The notes under the pieces are model-generated. The model did no database searches, was not told where the DNA came from, and saw nothing but the letters and a program-made list of their open reading frames with translations. Both the position numbers and the translations under genes were made by a program. A stretch of 50,235 bases of DNA. Origin: Candidatus Cryosericum sp. (GTDB lineage: Bacteria; Acidobacteriota; Polarisedimenticolia; Gp22-AA2). The stretch is taken from contig DASRJX010000026.1 of NCBI GenBank assembly GCA_035649235.1, forward strand, positions 1 through 50,235, read 5' to 3'. Below, piece by piece: positions 16,929-26,190 of the stretch (its first letter is position 1; every line of letters starts with the position of its first letter).

Positions 16929-18170
16929 CTACTGGACGGGCGGGGCGCCCGGCTTGTCGTCCGGCTTGGCAGGCGGCGGCCCGGCCTCGACCGACAGGAA
17001 CAGGATGCGGCCGGCGTCCCGCCCGTATCCTACTGCCAGGCGGTCGCCCGACACGATCACCGGACGGGTGGTAAACCACTCTCCCTGCGCCTCCAGCCGG
17101 AAGCGCCCCGCCATCCCCAGGTACGGGAAGGCCAGGCCGAGCACCGTCCCCTCCGTGAACGGCGCGACGAACAGGTGGTCGTTGGTGACGCCGCCATCCA
17201 GGATCAGCCTGTGGTCGAGCCGGACCCGCCCCATCAGGTGGCCGCTGCCCGGCTTCAGGACATAGATGTCGTTGTCGTAGCACTGAACGTAGAGCAGGTC
17301 GTCGCGCACCAGGAGCCGCGCCCCCGTGATCGACCCGGTGCGCTGCCGCCAGAGGGGACGCCCACTCTTGAGCCGCAGGCAGCGCAGCGATCGATCGGCC
17401 ACGGCCACGTAGATCCGCTTGTCGTGCACCAGGGGCGGGGCGGTCACCGCACGGCGCAGGTAGCGCCGCCAGCGCACCCGAAGCGTCGGGACGTCGAGCG
17501 CCAGCACCATGCCGTGATCGGTGCCCACGACGGCCATCTCGCCGGCGATCTCGGGGGCAACGGGCCGGCCCGGCAGCGGCAGGCGGGCCAGAATCCGGCC
17601 GTCCTCCGGCCGGAGTGCTATCAGCTCCGGCGCGTCGGTCGCGAGGAGAACGCTCCCGGCCGCCAGCGCGGGAGGCGCCACCGGTGCGCCACCCAGGGCC
17701 ACGCGCCACAGTGTGCGGCCGTCCCGCGCGTCGAGGGCGACGAGTTCGCCGGCGGCGGTCGCCTGCAGGATCACGCCGTCCGCGGCCATGGGCCCCACGC
17801 TCAGTGGTCCGTCCAGCTCGACGCTCCAGGTGGGCCCCGGTCCGCCGGGGTCGAGGGCGGCGAGACGTCCGGCGCGATCGGAGGCGACGAGGCCAGCCCC
17901 GAGGGCGGCCGGATCGCCCGCCAGCGGAGCTGCGAAGCCGTCGAAGGTCCAGATGGGCGACAGCGTGATCGGCTCGGCCGTGGCGCCGGGGCGCAGGGCC
18001 GAGGAGGGCTCGATGGGGAGACCGTGGAACACGCTCTTCTGACGCCGGGCCCAGGCCGGCCCGCCGGAACCCAGCGCGGCGGCCAGGACCAGGACGGCGA
18101 ATCGGGCGGCCGCGCGTCCCAGGGCCCGGGAGAGGTGCTTACGGCCGGGAGTTCCGCTGCGCTGCGGCAC
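16929..18170 (-). CDS. Exported PQQ-like beta-propeller repeat protein (BamB-like fold)
   Basis: Signal peptide ending AWA; repeated ALD..G...W units (ALDARDGRTLW, ALDVPTLRVRW, LKSGRPLW). Start GTG 18170. Confidence 0.8.
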   Translation of the reverse strand: MPQRSGTPGRKHLSRALGRAAARFAVLVLAAALGSGGPAWARRQKSVFHGLPIEPSSALRPGATAEPITLSPIWTFDGFAAPLAGDPAALGAGLVASDRAGRLAALDPGGPGPTWSVELDGPLSVGPMAADGVILQATAAGELVALDARDGRTLWRVALGGAPVAPPALAAGSVLLATDAPELIALRPEDGRILARLPLPGRPVAPEIAGEMAVVGTDHGMVLALDVPTLRVRWRRYLRRAVTAPPLVHDKRIYVAVADRSLRCLRLKSGRPLWRQRTGSITGARLLVRDDLLYVQCYDNDIYVLKPGSGHLMGRVRLDHRLILDGGVTNDHLFVAPFTEGTVLGLAFPYLGMAGRFRLEAQGEWFTTRPVIVSGDRLAVGYGRDAGRILFLSVEAGPPPAKPDDKPGAPPVQ

Positions 18171-18177
18171 GAGCAGG

Positions 18178-18183
18178 ATTATA
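18178..18183 (-). promoter_or_regulatory. -10 element TATAAT, 7 nt before the GTG start (leaderless arrangement)
   Basis: Plus-strand ATTATA at 18178-18183; the spacing places +1 at or next to the start codon. Confidence 0.65.
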
Positions 18184-18221
18184 GTCGCGCGCCCGCAATC
18201 CTTCCGCGCCCGCGGCGGATA

Positions 18222-18230
18222 TGCTATTCT
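18222..18230 (+). promoter_or_regulatory. Extended -10 promoter TGcTATTCT for hisS-aspS
   Basis: TGn motif plus a -10-like hexamer, 53 nt upstream of the hisS ATG. Confidence 0.55.
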
Positions 18231-18283
18231 CCCGCGCTTCCGACGAGACCGCGCCCGTTCGTCCGGGAGGGCGCGACACACAC

Positions 18284-19543
18284 ATGATCGAAGCCGCCAA
18301 GGGAACGCGCGACATCCTGCCCGCCGAGATCGCCCGCTGGCAGCTGGTGGAAGCGCGGGCGCGCGAGACGTTCGCCCTGTTCGGATTCCGCGAGATCAGG
18401 ACGCCCATCTTCGAGGCCACGGAGCTGTTCGCCCGGGGCATCGGGGAGGGGACCGACATCGTCGCCAAAGAGATGTACACCTTCCAGGATCGCAAGGGGC
18501 GCTCGCTGACCCTGAGGCCGGAGAACACGGCGCCCGTGGCGCGCGCCTACATCCAGCACCAGATGCACCGGGGCAGTGACGTGGAGCGGCTTTACTACAT
18601 CGGCCCGATGTTCCGCTACGAGAGGCCGCAGAAGGGCCGGACGCGGCAGTTCCACCAGATCGGCGTGGAGGCGATCGGGAGCGACAACCCGGCGATCGAC
18701 GCCGAGACCCTCCAGATGCTGATGCTGTTCCTGGAGCGGCTAAAGATCCCGTCGCTCACGCTCCAGCTGGGATCCGCCGGCGACGAGACCTGCCGGCCCG
18801 CCTACCGTCAAGCTCTGGTGTCCGAGCTGACACCACACAGAGCGTCCCTGTGCGACGACTGCCGGCGCCGCCTGGAGACGAATCCTCTGCGTTGCCTCGA
18901 CTGCAAGGTCCCAGCGGACCAGGCGCTGATGGCGAAGGTCACCCCGATCTTCGATCACCTCTGCGCGGCCTGCCGCGAGCACCTCGGTGCCGTGCGCGCG
19001 CACCTCGATCGGCTGGGGGTCCGCCACGTGCTGGCGCCCCGCCTCGTGCGCGGCCTCGACTACTACCGGCGCACGACGTTCGAGGTGACGCAGCCCGCGC
19101 TCGGGGCGCAGAGCGCCCTCCTCGGAGGCGGACGGTACGACGGGCTGGTGCAGGAGCTGGGCGGCCCGCCGGTCGCCGGGTTCGGTTTCGCCATCGGGCA
19201 GGACCGGCTGGTCCTCTGCCTGCCGCCGGACCTGGAGGGGTTCGAGGACCGCCTCGACGTCGTCGTGGCCCCGCTGGGGGGGTCCGCCTTGGGGCCGGCG
19301 CTCTCCGCCGCTTCCCGGTTGCGCCTGTCCGGGAAGCGCGTCGTCCTCGACCCGCTTCCCGAGAAGAGCCTCAAGTCCCAGATGCGCCGCGCGCACGACC
19401 TGCAGGCTCGGTTCGTGCTGATCCTCGGCGAAGAGGAAATGAAGAACGGCACCTTCACGCTCAAGCGGATGGCGGACGGGGAGCAGCGCCGCGGGCCCGA
19501 TCCGGATCTGCTGCGGACGCTTTCGGAGATGTCGCATGACTGA
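18284..19543 (+). CDS. hisS: Histidine--tRNA ligase
   Basis: KGTRDILP, LRPENTA, FRYERPQKGR.RQFHQ, LVRGLDYY, GGGRYDGL. Start ATG 18284. Confidence 0.98.
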   Translation: MIEAAKGTRDILPAEIARWQLVEARARETFALFGFREIRTPIFEATELFARGIGEGTDIVAKEMYTFQDRKGRSLTLRPENTAPVARAYIQHQMHRGSDVERLYYIGPMFRYERPQKGRTRQFHQIGVEAIGSDNPAIDAETLQMLMLFLERLKIPSLTLQLGSAGDETCRPAYRQALVSELTPHRASLCDDCRRRLETNPLRCLDCKVPADQALMAKVTPIFDHLCAACREHLGAVRAHLDRLGVRHVLAPRLVRGLDYYRRTTFEVTQPALGAQSALLGGGRYDGLVQELGGPPVAGFGFAIGQDRLVLCLPPDLEGFEDRLDVVVAPLGGSALGPALSAASRLRLSGKRVVLDPLPEKSLKSQMRRAHDLQARFVLILGEEEMKNGTFTLKRMADGEQRRGPDPDLLRTLSEMSHD

Positions 19544-21320
19544 CGGGGCACCAGCTTCGGCGCGCACCCACACCTGCGGCGCCCTCCGCGAGGAGCACGC
19601 CGGCGGCGACGCAGTCCTGCTCGGGTGGATCGACAGCATCCGCGATCACGGGGGTCTGCTGTTCGCCGACCTGCGGGATCGATACGGCGTCACGCAGGCC
19701 GTGTTCAACCCGGAGGCGGCTCCCGAGGCCTTCGTGGCCGCCAAGGATGTCCGCCCGGGCTACGTCGTGGCGGTCACGGGCCAGGTCGTCGCGCGCGCCG
19801 CCGGCAACGTCAACCCATCGATCCCGACGGGCGGCGTCGAGATTCAGGCCCGCCGTCTCGAGATCCTGAACGCCTCGGAGCCGCTGCCGTTTCCGCTCGA
19901 CGACGACACGAGCGCTTCCGAGGAGGTCCGCCTGCGCTACCGGTTCCTCGATCTGCGCCGGGCGCACATGCAGCGAGTCCTGGAAACCCGCCATCGCGTC
20001 CTGCTGGCGGTGCGGCGCTATCTGGACGCCCGCCAGTTTCTCGAGGTCGAGACGCCGATCCTGACCCGCAGCACGCCCGAGGGCTCGCGCGAGTTCCTCG
20101 TGCCGTCGCGCGTCAACCCGGGACGCTTCTATTCGCTGCCGCAATCACCCCAGATCTTCAAGCAGCTCCTGATGGTCTCCGGGTTCGACCGCTACTTCCA
20201 GATCGCCAAGTGCTTCCGGGACGAGGATTCGCGCGCCGACCGCCAGCCCGAGTTCACGCAGATCGACATCGAGATGTCCTTCCCCGAGCGTGAGGCGTTC
20301 TTCGCCCTGATCGAGGGGCTGATGGAGGCGATCTTCCAGGCTGCCGAGATGCCCCTTCAGGGGCCCTATCCGCGCCTGACGTACCGGGACGCGATGGAGC
20401 GCTTCGGAAGCGACAAGCCCGATACGCGCTTCGGCCTGGAGATCCGGGACCTGACGGGAAGCGTCGCGGCAAGCCCGTTCCGGGTCTTCTCCGACACGGT
20501 GCGGGATGGCGGGGTGGTCAAGGGCCTGGCCGTGCCCGGCGGAGGCGCCTGGCCGCGGCAGCGCCTCGACAATCTGGTCGAGGCCGCCCGCGTGCTCGGA
20601 TCCCGCGGGCTCATCTGGATCCGCGCGGGGGAGTCCATCCAGTCGCCGGTCTTGAAGCACCTCGGAGAGGAGGGCTGCCGGACGATCCTCCGGGACCTCG
20701 GCGCCGGAACCGGCGACCTGGCGCTCGTGGTCGCCGATCGCTGGAAGCGGGCCCTGACGATCCTGGGCACCCTCCGACTGCAGATCGCGCGCGCCGGGAA
20801 GCTGGTGGACGAGACAGCGCACCGGCTCCTGTGGATCCACGAGTTCCCGCTCTTCGAGCACAGCGAGGAGGAGAGGCGGCTGGTCTCCTGCCATCACCCG
20901 TTCACGGCACCCGTCGCGGAGGACGTCCCACGCCTCGAGGACCGTCCGGAGTCCGTGCGGGCCCAAGCCTACGACCTGGTGCTGAACGGAAACGAGGTCG
21001 GCGGCGGCAGCGTCCGCATTCATCGTGGGGACCTGCAGGAGCGCGTGTTCCGCGTTCTCGGGATGGACGCGCAGGAGGCCGAGGCTCGCTTCGGGTTCCT
21101 GCTGTCCGCGCTGCGCATGGGAGCGCCCCCGCACGGCGGGATCGCCCTCGGGGTCGATCGACTCATCGCCATCCTGACCGGTTCGGCGTCGATCCGCGAC
21201 GTCATCGCCTTCCCCAAGACGACGAGCGGCATCGATCTCATGACCGGGGCCCCCGGGGAGGTCGCCCCGCATCAGTTGGTCGATCTCGCCCTCCGCATCG
21301 ATCCCCGACCAGGGTCTTAA
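19536..21320 (+). CDS. aspS: Aspartate--tRNA ligase, probably non-discriminating
   Basis: RTHTCG, RDHGG, LRYRFLDLRR, LPQSPQIFKQLLM, FRDED.RADRQPEFTQ, PPHGGIALG.DR. Confidence 0.98.
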   Translation: MTDGAPASARTHTCGALREEHAGGDAVLLGWIDSIRDHGGLLFADLRDRYGVTQAVFNPEAAPEAFVAAKDVRPGYVVAVTGQVVARAAGNVNPSIPTGGVEIQARRLEILNASEPLPFPLDDDTSASEEVRLRYRFLDLRRAHMQRVLETRHRVLLAVRRYLDARQFLEVETPILTRSTPEGSREFLVPSRVNPGRFYSLPQSPQIFKQLLMVSGFDRYFQIAKCFRDEDSRADRQPEFTQIDIEMSFPEREAFFALIEGLMEAIFQAAEMPLQGPYPRLTYRDAMERFGSDKPDTRFGLEIRDLTGSVAASPFRVFSDTVRDGGVVKGLAVPGGGAWPRQRLDNLVEAARVLGSRGLIWIRAGESIQSPVLKHLGEEGCRTILRDLGAGTGDLALVVADRWKRALTILGTLRLQIARAGKLVDETAHRLLWIHEFPLFEHSEEERRLVSCHHPFTAPVAEDVPRLEDRPESVRAQAYDLVLNGNEVGGGSVRIHRGDLQERVFRVLGMDAQEAEARFGFLLSALRMGAPPHGGIALGVDRLIAILTGSASIRDVIAFPKTTSGIDLMTGAPGEVAPHQLVDLALRIDPRPGS

Positions 21321-21368
21321 GCATATATTTGTCATAGAGTTAGAACCGGCTCCTGGAGAGCGCGTTCA

Positions 21369-21397
21369 TTGACAAGGACCGCCCCGGGTGCTAAGTT
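21369..21397 (+). promoter_or_regulatory. Strong sigma70 promoter TTGACA-N17-(TGc)TAAGTT
   Basis: -35 at 21369-21374, extended TG at 21389-21390, -10 at 21392-21397. The ORF track's TTG start is the -35 box. Confidence 0.8.
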
Positions 21398-21422
21398 CCC
21401 CCCTGCCGTCGGGAGGCGCCGG

Positions 21423-22457
21423 TTGCGCAAGTTCTCCATCCCAGAAGACACCCTCGCCGACGTCTTCGGTCACTACGACGAGAACCTCCGCACCATCGAG
21501 AAGGACCTCGGAGTCCGGCTGTCGGCGCGCGGCCCGGAGATTACGGTCCAGGGAGAGAGCGAGCGCGAGACGCTGGCGCTGAACCTGCTGGGCCAGCTCG
21601 CCGCCCTCGTGCAGGGGGGCTACCCCCTCAAGAAGGGGGACGTCGAGATAGCGCTGCGCCTCCTGCGCGACAACCGCGGGGCGCTCCTGCGCGACTTCTT
21701 CGCCACCGCCCGGCTCAAGACCGCCAACGGACGCTTCGTCGCGCCCAAGAGCCCGCACCAGAAGATCCTCCTGGAGGCGATCCAGGAACAGGATCTGGTG
21801 TTCGTCATCGGGCCGGCCGGGACGGGGAAGACCTATCTCGCCGTGGCCTCGGCCGTGGCCCATCTGGCCGAGAAGAAAGTGGAGCGCATCATCCTCTGCC
21901 GGCCCGCCGTGGAGGCGGGTGAGAAGCTCGGCTTCCTGCCGGGCGACATGGCGGAAAAGGTCGATCCCTACTTCCGGCCGCTCTACGACGCGCTCTACCT
22001 GCTGCTCGACCGGGAGCGCGCCAACGCCCACCTGGAACGGGGCGTGATCGAGGTCGCGCCCCTCGCCTTCATGCGCGGCCGCACGCTCAACAACTCGTTC
22101 GTCATCCTGGACGAAGCCCAGAACACCACGTCGGAACAGATGAAGATGTTCCTGACGCGGCTGGGAACGAACTCGAAGGCCCTGATCACGGGCGACGTGA
22201 CCCAGATCGATCTGCCTCCCGGCCGACGCTCCGGGTTGATCGAGGCGAGGCAGGTGATCGCCGCCGTGCCGGGAGTGCGGTTCATCGAGTTCGACGAGAC
22301 GGACGTGGTCCGCCATCCTCTCGTACAGGGGATCGTGCGGGCCTACGAGGCCTACCGCGGCAACGGGGAGGCCACGGCAACGCCCACCTCGCCGCGGGCG
22401 CGCAGCGCCAAGCGACCCAGACGGCGCCGCTCCGCATCGGAGGCCCGGGAAGGATGA
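21423..22457 (+). CDS. phoH: PhoH family ATPase
   Basis: GPAGTGKT, RPAVEAGEKLGFLPG, RGRTL, DEAQN, GDVTQIDL; TTG 21423 with GGAGG 6 nt upstream. Confidence 0.95.
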   Translation: MRKFSIPEDTLADVFGHYDENLRTIEKDLGVRLSARGPEITVQGESERETLALNLLGQLAALVQGGYPLKKGDVEIALRLLRDNRGALLRDFFATARLKTANGRFVAPKSPHQKILLEAIQEQDLVFVIGPAGTGKTYLAVASAVAHLAEKKVERIILCRPAVEAGEKLGFLPGDMAEKVDPYFRPLYDALYLLLDRERANAHLERGVIEVAPLAFMRGRTLNNSFVILDEAQNTTSEQMKMFLTRLGTNSKALITGDVTQIDLPPGRRSGLIEARQVIAAVPGVRFIEFDETDVVRHPLVQGIVRAYEAYRGNGEATATPTSPRARSAKRPRRRRSASEAREG

Positions 22458-24673
22458 CCTTCCGGCGTCTCGTCCGTGGCAGGGAGAGCCTGCGGGGCCG
22501 GCGCTGGGTCTGGTGCGTCGTCTACCTGGCGGCTCTCCTGCCGATCACCCTGGCGCCCCGCCTCGGCGGCGGCGTCCCCGTTCCGCCCGCAGGCACGACC
22601 GCGCCGGCCGACATCCGCGCCCCGCTCCCCCTCGAGCAGCTCGACGCGGAGGCCACGGATCGCCGCCGCCGCGAGGCGCGCGACTCGGTGGCCCCGATCT
22701 ACGATCTGGACGGGGAGGCGGCCGGCCGGGCGCTTCAGTTTCTTGCGGACCAGTTCGACAGGGGCCGGCGATCGGAGCCCTCTTCGGGGCTTCCCGAGGC
22801 GGCGCGCGACTTCCTCGTGGCGAACCGGTTCTCCGGCGACATCGAGGTGCGACTGCGGGAGGCGGTCGGCGCCGGCTTCCGCCGCCCGGTGGCCGGAGGT
22901 CGCAGCCTCCTGCCGGTCACGGGCCCCTTCGTCCTACGCGAGCTTCCCGGAGGGCGGACCTCGCGTCTGACGGCGCCGATCGACGCCGCAACGCCGGACG
23001 AGGCCCGCCGCACGGCCGCCGCCGAGCTGGCGCGTGGCGGGGCCTCGCCCGCGGAGATCGCGGCCCTCGAGCCCCTGCTCGCGGACCTGGTGACGGCCAA
23101 CCTGTCCTACGACGCCGCGCTCACCGAGGCGCGCCGCGCCGAGGCGGCGGAACGCGTCGCCCCGCTCGTCTCGCGCTACCCGGCGGGACGGACCATCGTG
23201 CGCCAGGGAGAGACGGTGGACGAGGGAGCGGAACGCACCCTCGCGGCGCTGAACCGGAGCATGGCCGAGCGGCTCTCCGTGCCGACGATCCTCGGCCACC
23301 TCCTCCTGCTCGGGCTGGTGCTGTTCTTCATCGATCGCTACGTCTTCGTCGACCAGAGGTCCCACCGCAGGGAGCACGAGCTGTTCTCCCTCCTGGTCGT
23401 GGTGACCATAGTGGGGCTGGCCCTCGAGGGCGGCTTCCTGTGGCTCTTCGAGCGCGTCGCCAGCAGCCTGAGCCAGGCGCCGTTCAACGATCCGTCGCTC
23501 TATCTCCCGATGGTGCCCGTGGCGACGGGGACCATGCTGATCACCCTGCTCGTGAGCCCCCGGGCGGGCATGGCCTTCATCCTCTTCTTCCTGCCCCTCC
23601 TGGGCCTCCTGACGGAGTGGGACCTGCGCTCCCTGCTGTTCGGTCTGTTGAGCAGCCTGGCGGCGATCCACGGCATCACGGCCTACCGGCGGCGTTCGAC
23701 GCTCATCCGGGCCGGGCTGCTCCTGGGTGCTATCAACGCCATCGGCGTGCTGGCGCTGCGGGGGGCGGCGACCAGCACCGTGCCGGCGTCCCATGTCGGG
23801 TTCGAGATGGCCTGCGGGTTCGCCGGCGGCATTCTGGTCTCGATCCTGGTCTCCTTCCTGCTCCCGATGCTCGAATCGACCTTCAACATCCTGACCGACG
23901 TCCGGCTGCTGGAGCTGTCGAATCTGGCCAACCCGCTGTTGCGCCGTCTGGCCATGGAGTCGCCCGGCTCGTACCACCACAGCGTTATCGTCGGGACGCT
24001 CGCCGAGGCGGCCGCCGAATCGATCGGCGCCAACGCCCTGTTCTGCCGGGTCGCGGCCTACTACCACGACGTCGGGAAGCTCGTGAAGCCGACCTACTAC
24101 GTCGAGAACCAGAAGCAGGGGGAGAACCGGCATGATCGACTGAAGCCCCACCTCAGCGCCCTGGTGATCGCCAGCCACGTCCGCGAGGGGATGGAACTGG
24201 CGCGCTCCCATGGCGTGCCGGAGTCGATCCTCGACATCATCCCGCAGCACCACGGCACCCGCCGGATCAACTACTTCTACCAGAAGGCCCGGCGCTCCGG
24301 GTCCCTGCAGGAAGGCGAGATCCGCGAGGCCGATTTCCGCTACCCGGGGCCGCGTCCGCAGAGCCGGGAGGCCGCTCTGCTGATGCTCGCCGACTCCATC
24401 GAGGCGGCGGCCCGCAGCCTGGACGACCATCACCCGGGGCGGCTCAAGGGCGTGGTCAACACGATCGTCTCGGACGTGGTGCTGGACGATCAATTCAGCG
24501 AGTGCGACCTCAGCTTCTCCGACCTGGAGCGGGTGCGCGCCGCCTTTTTCAAGGCCCTGTGCAGCATCCATCATCACCGCATCGACTATCCGGGCTTCGA
24601 CTTCGAGGCGGTCGAGGCACGGCCGTTCCGCGCCAGCGCGACGCACGACGTGCCGTCCGCCGACGCCGGCTGA
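22454..24673 (+). CDS. 7TM-HD (HDIG) phosphohydrolase, PgpH/YqfF-like
   Basis: N-terminal TM, extracytoplasmic domain, about 7 TM helices, then PGSYHHS, YYHDVGK, SHV.EG, QHHGT, FRYPGPRP, MLADSIEAAARS. Confidence 0.92.
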   Translation: MTFRRLVRGRESLRGRRWVWCVVYLAALLPITLAPRLGGGVPVPPAGTTAPADIRAPLPLEQLDAEATDRRRREARDSVAPIYDLDGEAAGRALQFLADQFDRGRRSEPSSGLPEAARDFLVANRFSGDIEVRLREAVGAGFRRPVAGGRSLLPVTGPFVLRELPGGRTSRLTAPIDAATPDEARRTAAAELARGGASPAEIAALEPLLADLVTANLSYDAALTEARRAEAAERVAPLVSRYPAGRTIVRQGETVDEGAERTLAALNRSMAERLSVPTILGHLLLLGLVLFFIDRYVFVDQRSHRREHELFSLLVVVTIVGLALEGGFLWLFERVASSLSQAPFNDPSLYLPMVPVATGTMLITLLVSPRAGMAFILFFLPLLGLLTEWDLRSLLFGLLSSLAAIHGITAYRRRSTLIRAGLLLGAINAIGVLALRGAATSTVPASHVGFEMACGFAGGILVSILVSFLLPMLESTFNILTDVRLLELSNLANPLLRRLAMESPGSYHHSVIVGTLAEAAAESIGANALFCRVAAYYHDVGKLVKPTYYVENQKQGENRHDRLKPHLSALVIASHVREGMELARSHGVPESILDIIPQHHGTRRINYFYQKARRSGSLQEGEIREADFRYPGPRPQSREAALLMLADSIEAAARSLDDHHPGRLKGVVNTIVSDVVLDDQFSECDLSFSDLERVRAAFFKALCSIHHHRIDYPGFDFEAVEARPFRASATHDVPSADAG

Positions 24674-24681
24674 GCGGGCCG

Positions 24682-25188
24682 GTGGAGGTCGTGGCGGACG
24701 CGCCCGGGGCGGTCGCCCACGCCGGCGCCTGCCGGGATCTCCTCGTGCGTCTGAGGGTCGCGCTGCACCAGAGCGCCGGCGTCACGCTGCTGCTCGCGAC
24801 CGACCGCACCCTGCGGACCCTCAACCGGCGCTACCGCGGACTGGATAGAGCCACCGACGTGCTCTCCTTCCCGGCCGCCGGGACCCTCGAGCCGGGCGTG
24901 GCGCACCTGGGGGAGATCGCTGTCTCACTGGGCACGGCCGCTCGCCAGGCGCGGCGGGCCGCCTGGCCGCTGGCGAGCGAGATCGCCTTGCTCGTGACGC
25001 ACGGCTTCCTGCACCTCCTGGGCTACGACCACGAGACCGACGACGGGACCATGCGCCGGCTGGAGGAGCGCGTGCTGCGCCGGGTGGCCGGCGTCAGACT
25101 ATCGCGCCGGGCCCTCCCCTGGGGTGACGCGCCTGACCGCCGGACCCGTGCGAAGGCCACGAAGCGAGCGGGGGACCGCCATGACTGA
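24682..25188 (+). CDS. ybeY: rRNA maturation endoribonuclease YbeY
   Basis: LNRRYRG.D.ATDVLSFP, LGEI, HGFLHLLGYDH. Start uncertain (GTG 24682 or CTG 24670). Confidence 0.93.
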   Translation: MEVVADAPGAVAHAGACRDLLVRLRVALHQSAGVTLLLATDRTLRTLNRRYRGLDRATDVLSFPAAGTLEPGVAHLGEIAVSLGTAARQARRAAWPLASEIALLVTHGFLHLLGYDHETDDGTMRRLEERVLRRVAGVRLSRRALPWGDAPDRRTRAKATKRAGDRHD

Positions 25189-26140
25189 AAGCGACCCGCC
25201 GCTCGGACAGGGCGATTCATTCCCGCCTCCGGCCGCGGGGGACCCCGCGTCCGGGAGCTTCCGGTGCGGCTTCGTCGCGCTCGTCGGCCGTCCCAACGTC
25301 GGGAAGTCGACGCTCATGAACCATCTGGTCGGAAGCCGCCTGTCGATCGTCTCGGAGGTCCCGCAGACGACCCGCTTCCCGATCCGGGGCGTCCTGCATC
25401 TGGAGGGGGCGCAGGTGGTGTTCATCGACACGCCCGGCATCCACAAGCCGCGTTATCGCCTCAACGAGGAGATGGTGCGCACGGCGACGCGGGTCCTCAA
25501 GGAGGTCGACCTGGTCGTCGTCCTGGTGGACGCCTCGGACGGCTACGGACCGGGCGACCGCTTCGTGTTCGAGCGGGTGCGCGAATCCGGAGCCAAGGCC
25601 TTCCTGGTCCTCAACAAGGTCGATCGCATGCCGAAGGATCAGCTCCTGCCGCTCATCGACGAGGCGAGTCAGACGGGCCTGTTCGAGGAGATCGTGCCTC
25701 TGTCCGCGCTCTCCGGCGAGAACTGCGAGCGCCTCATGCAGCTCCTGCTCGCGCGTATGCCGGAGGGACCACCGCACTTCCCGCCCGACCACCTGACGGA
25801 CCTGCCGCAGCGGCTGCGGATTTCCGAGATGATCCGCGAGCAGGTCTTCCTGAAGATGCGCCAGGAGGTCCCGCACGCCACGGCCGTGCTCGTCGACTCC
25901 CTGGAGGAGGCGGACGACCTCATCCGGGTGAACGCGACGATCGTGGTGGACCGTGACAGCCAGAAGGGGATCGTCATCGGCGAGGGGGGGCGGATGGTCA
26001 AGGAGATCGGCACCGCCAGCCGGAAGAACATCGAAGCGGCCCTCGGCCGCCGCGTGCATCTCGCGCTGTGGGTCAAGGTCAAAGAGGCCTGGCGCGACGA
26101 TCTCGCTCTGCTGCGTCTCATCGGCCTGTCCCCTCCGTAG
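25181..26140 (+). CDS. era: GTPase Era
   Basis: GRPNVGKSTL, QTTR, DTPG, NKVD, KH motif KGIVIGEGG. Start ATG 25181. Confidence 0.97.
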   Translation: MTESDPPLGQGDSFPPPAAGDPASGSFRCGFVALVGRPNVGKSTLMNHLVGSRLSIVSEVPQTTRFPIRGVLHLEGAQVVFIDTPGIHKPRYRLNEEMVRTATRVLKEVDLVVVLVDASDGYGPGDRFVFERVRESGAKAFLVLNKVDRMPKDQLLPLIDEASQTGLFEEIVPLSALSGENCERLMQLLLARMPEGPPHFPPDHLTDLPQRLRISEMIREQVFLKMRQEVPHATAVLVDSLEEADDLIRVNATIVVDRDSQKGIVIGEGGRMVKEIGTASRKNIEAALGRRVHLALWVKVKEAWRDDLALLRLIGLSPP

Positions 26141-26160
26141 GGGATCGCACTTGGAGTAGA

Positions 26161-26190
26161 ATGGCGCCCGTTTCGGAACGGACGCCATGA
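26161..26190 (+). promoter_or_regulatory. Candidate leader uORF (MAPVSERTP*) and hairpin covering the mgtE start codon
   Basis: ATG 26161 preceded by GGAG; TGA 26188-26190 overlaps the mgtE ATGA; 26161-26172 pairs with 26177-26188 (11 of 12 pairs). Confidence 0.45.

Noticed and set aside
21311-21345. Possible dif/Xer site
   Set aside because: Only about 6 of 11 bases match the XerD arm TTATGTTAAAT, and there is no XerC arm at the right spacing.
26141-26186. M-box (Mg2+) riboswitch upstream of mgtE
   Set aside because: The gap is 46 nt, far too short for the aptamer; only the small hairpin and uORF are present.
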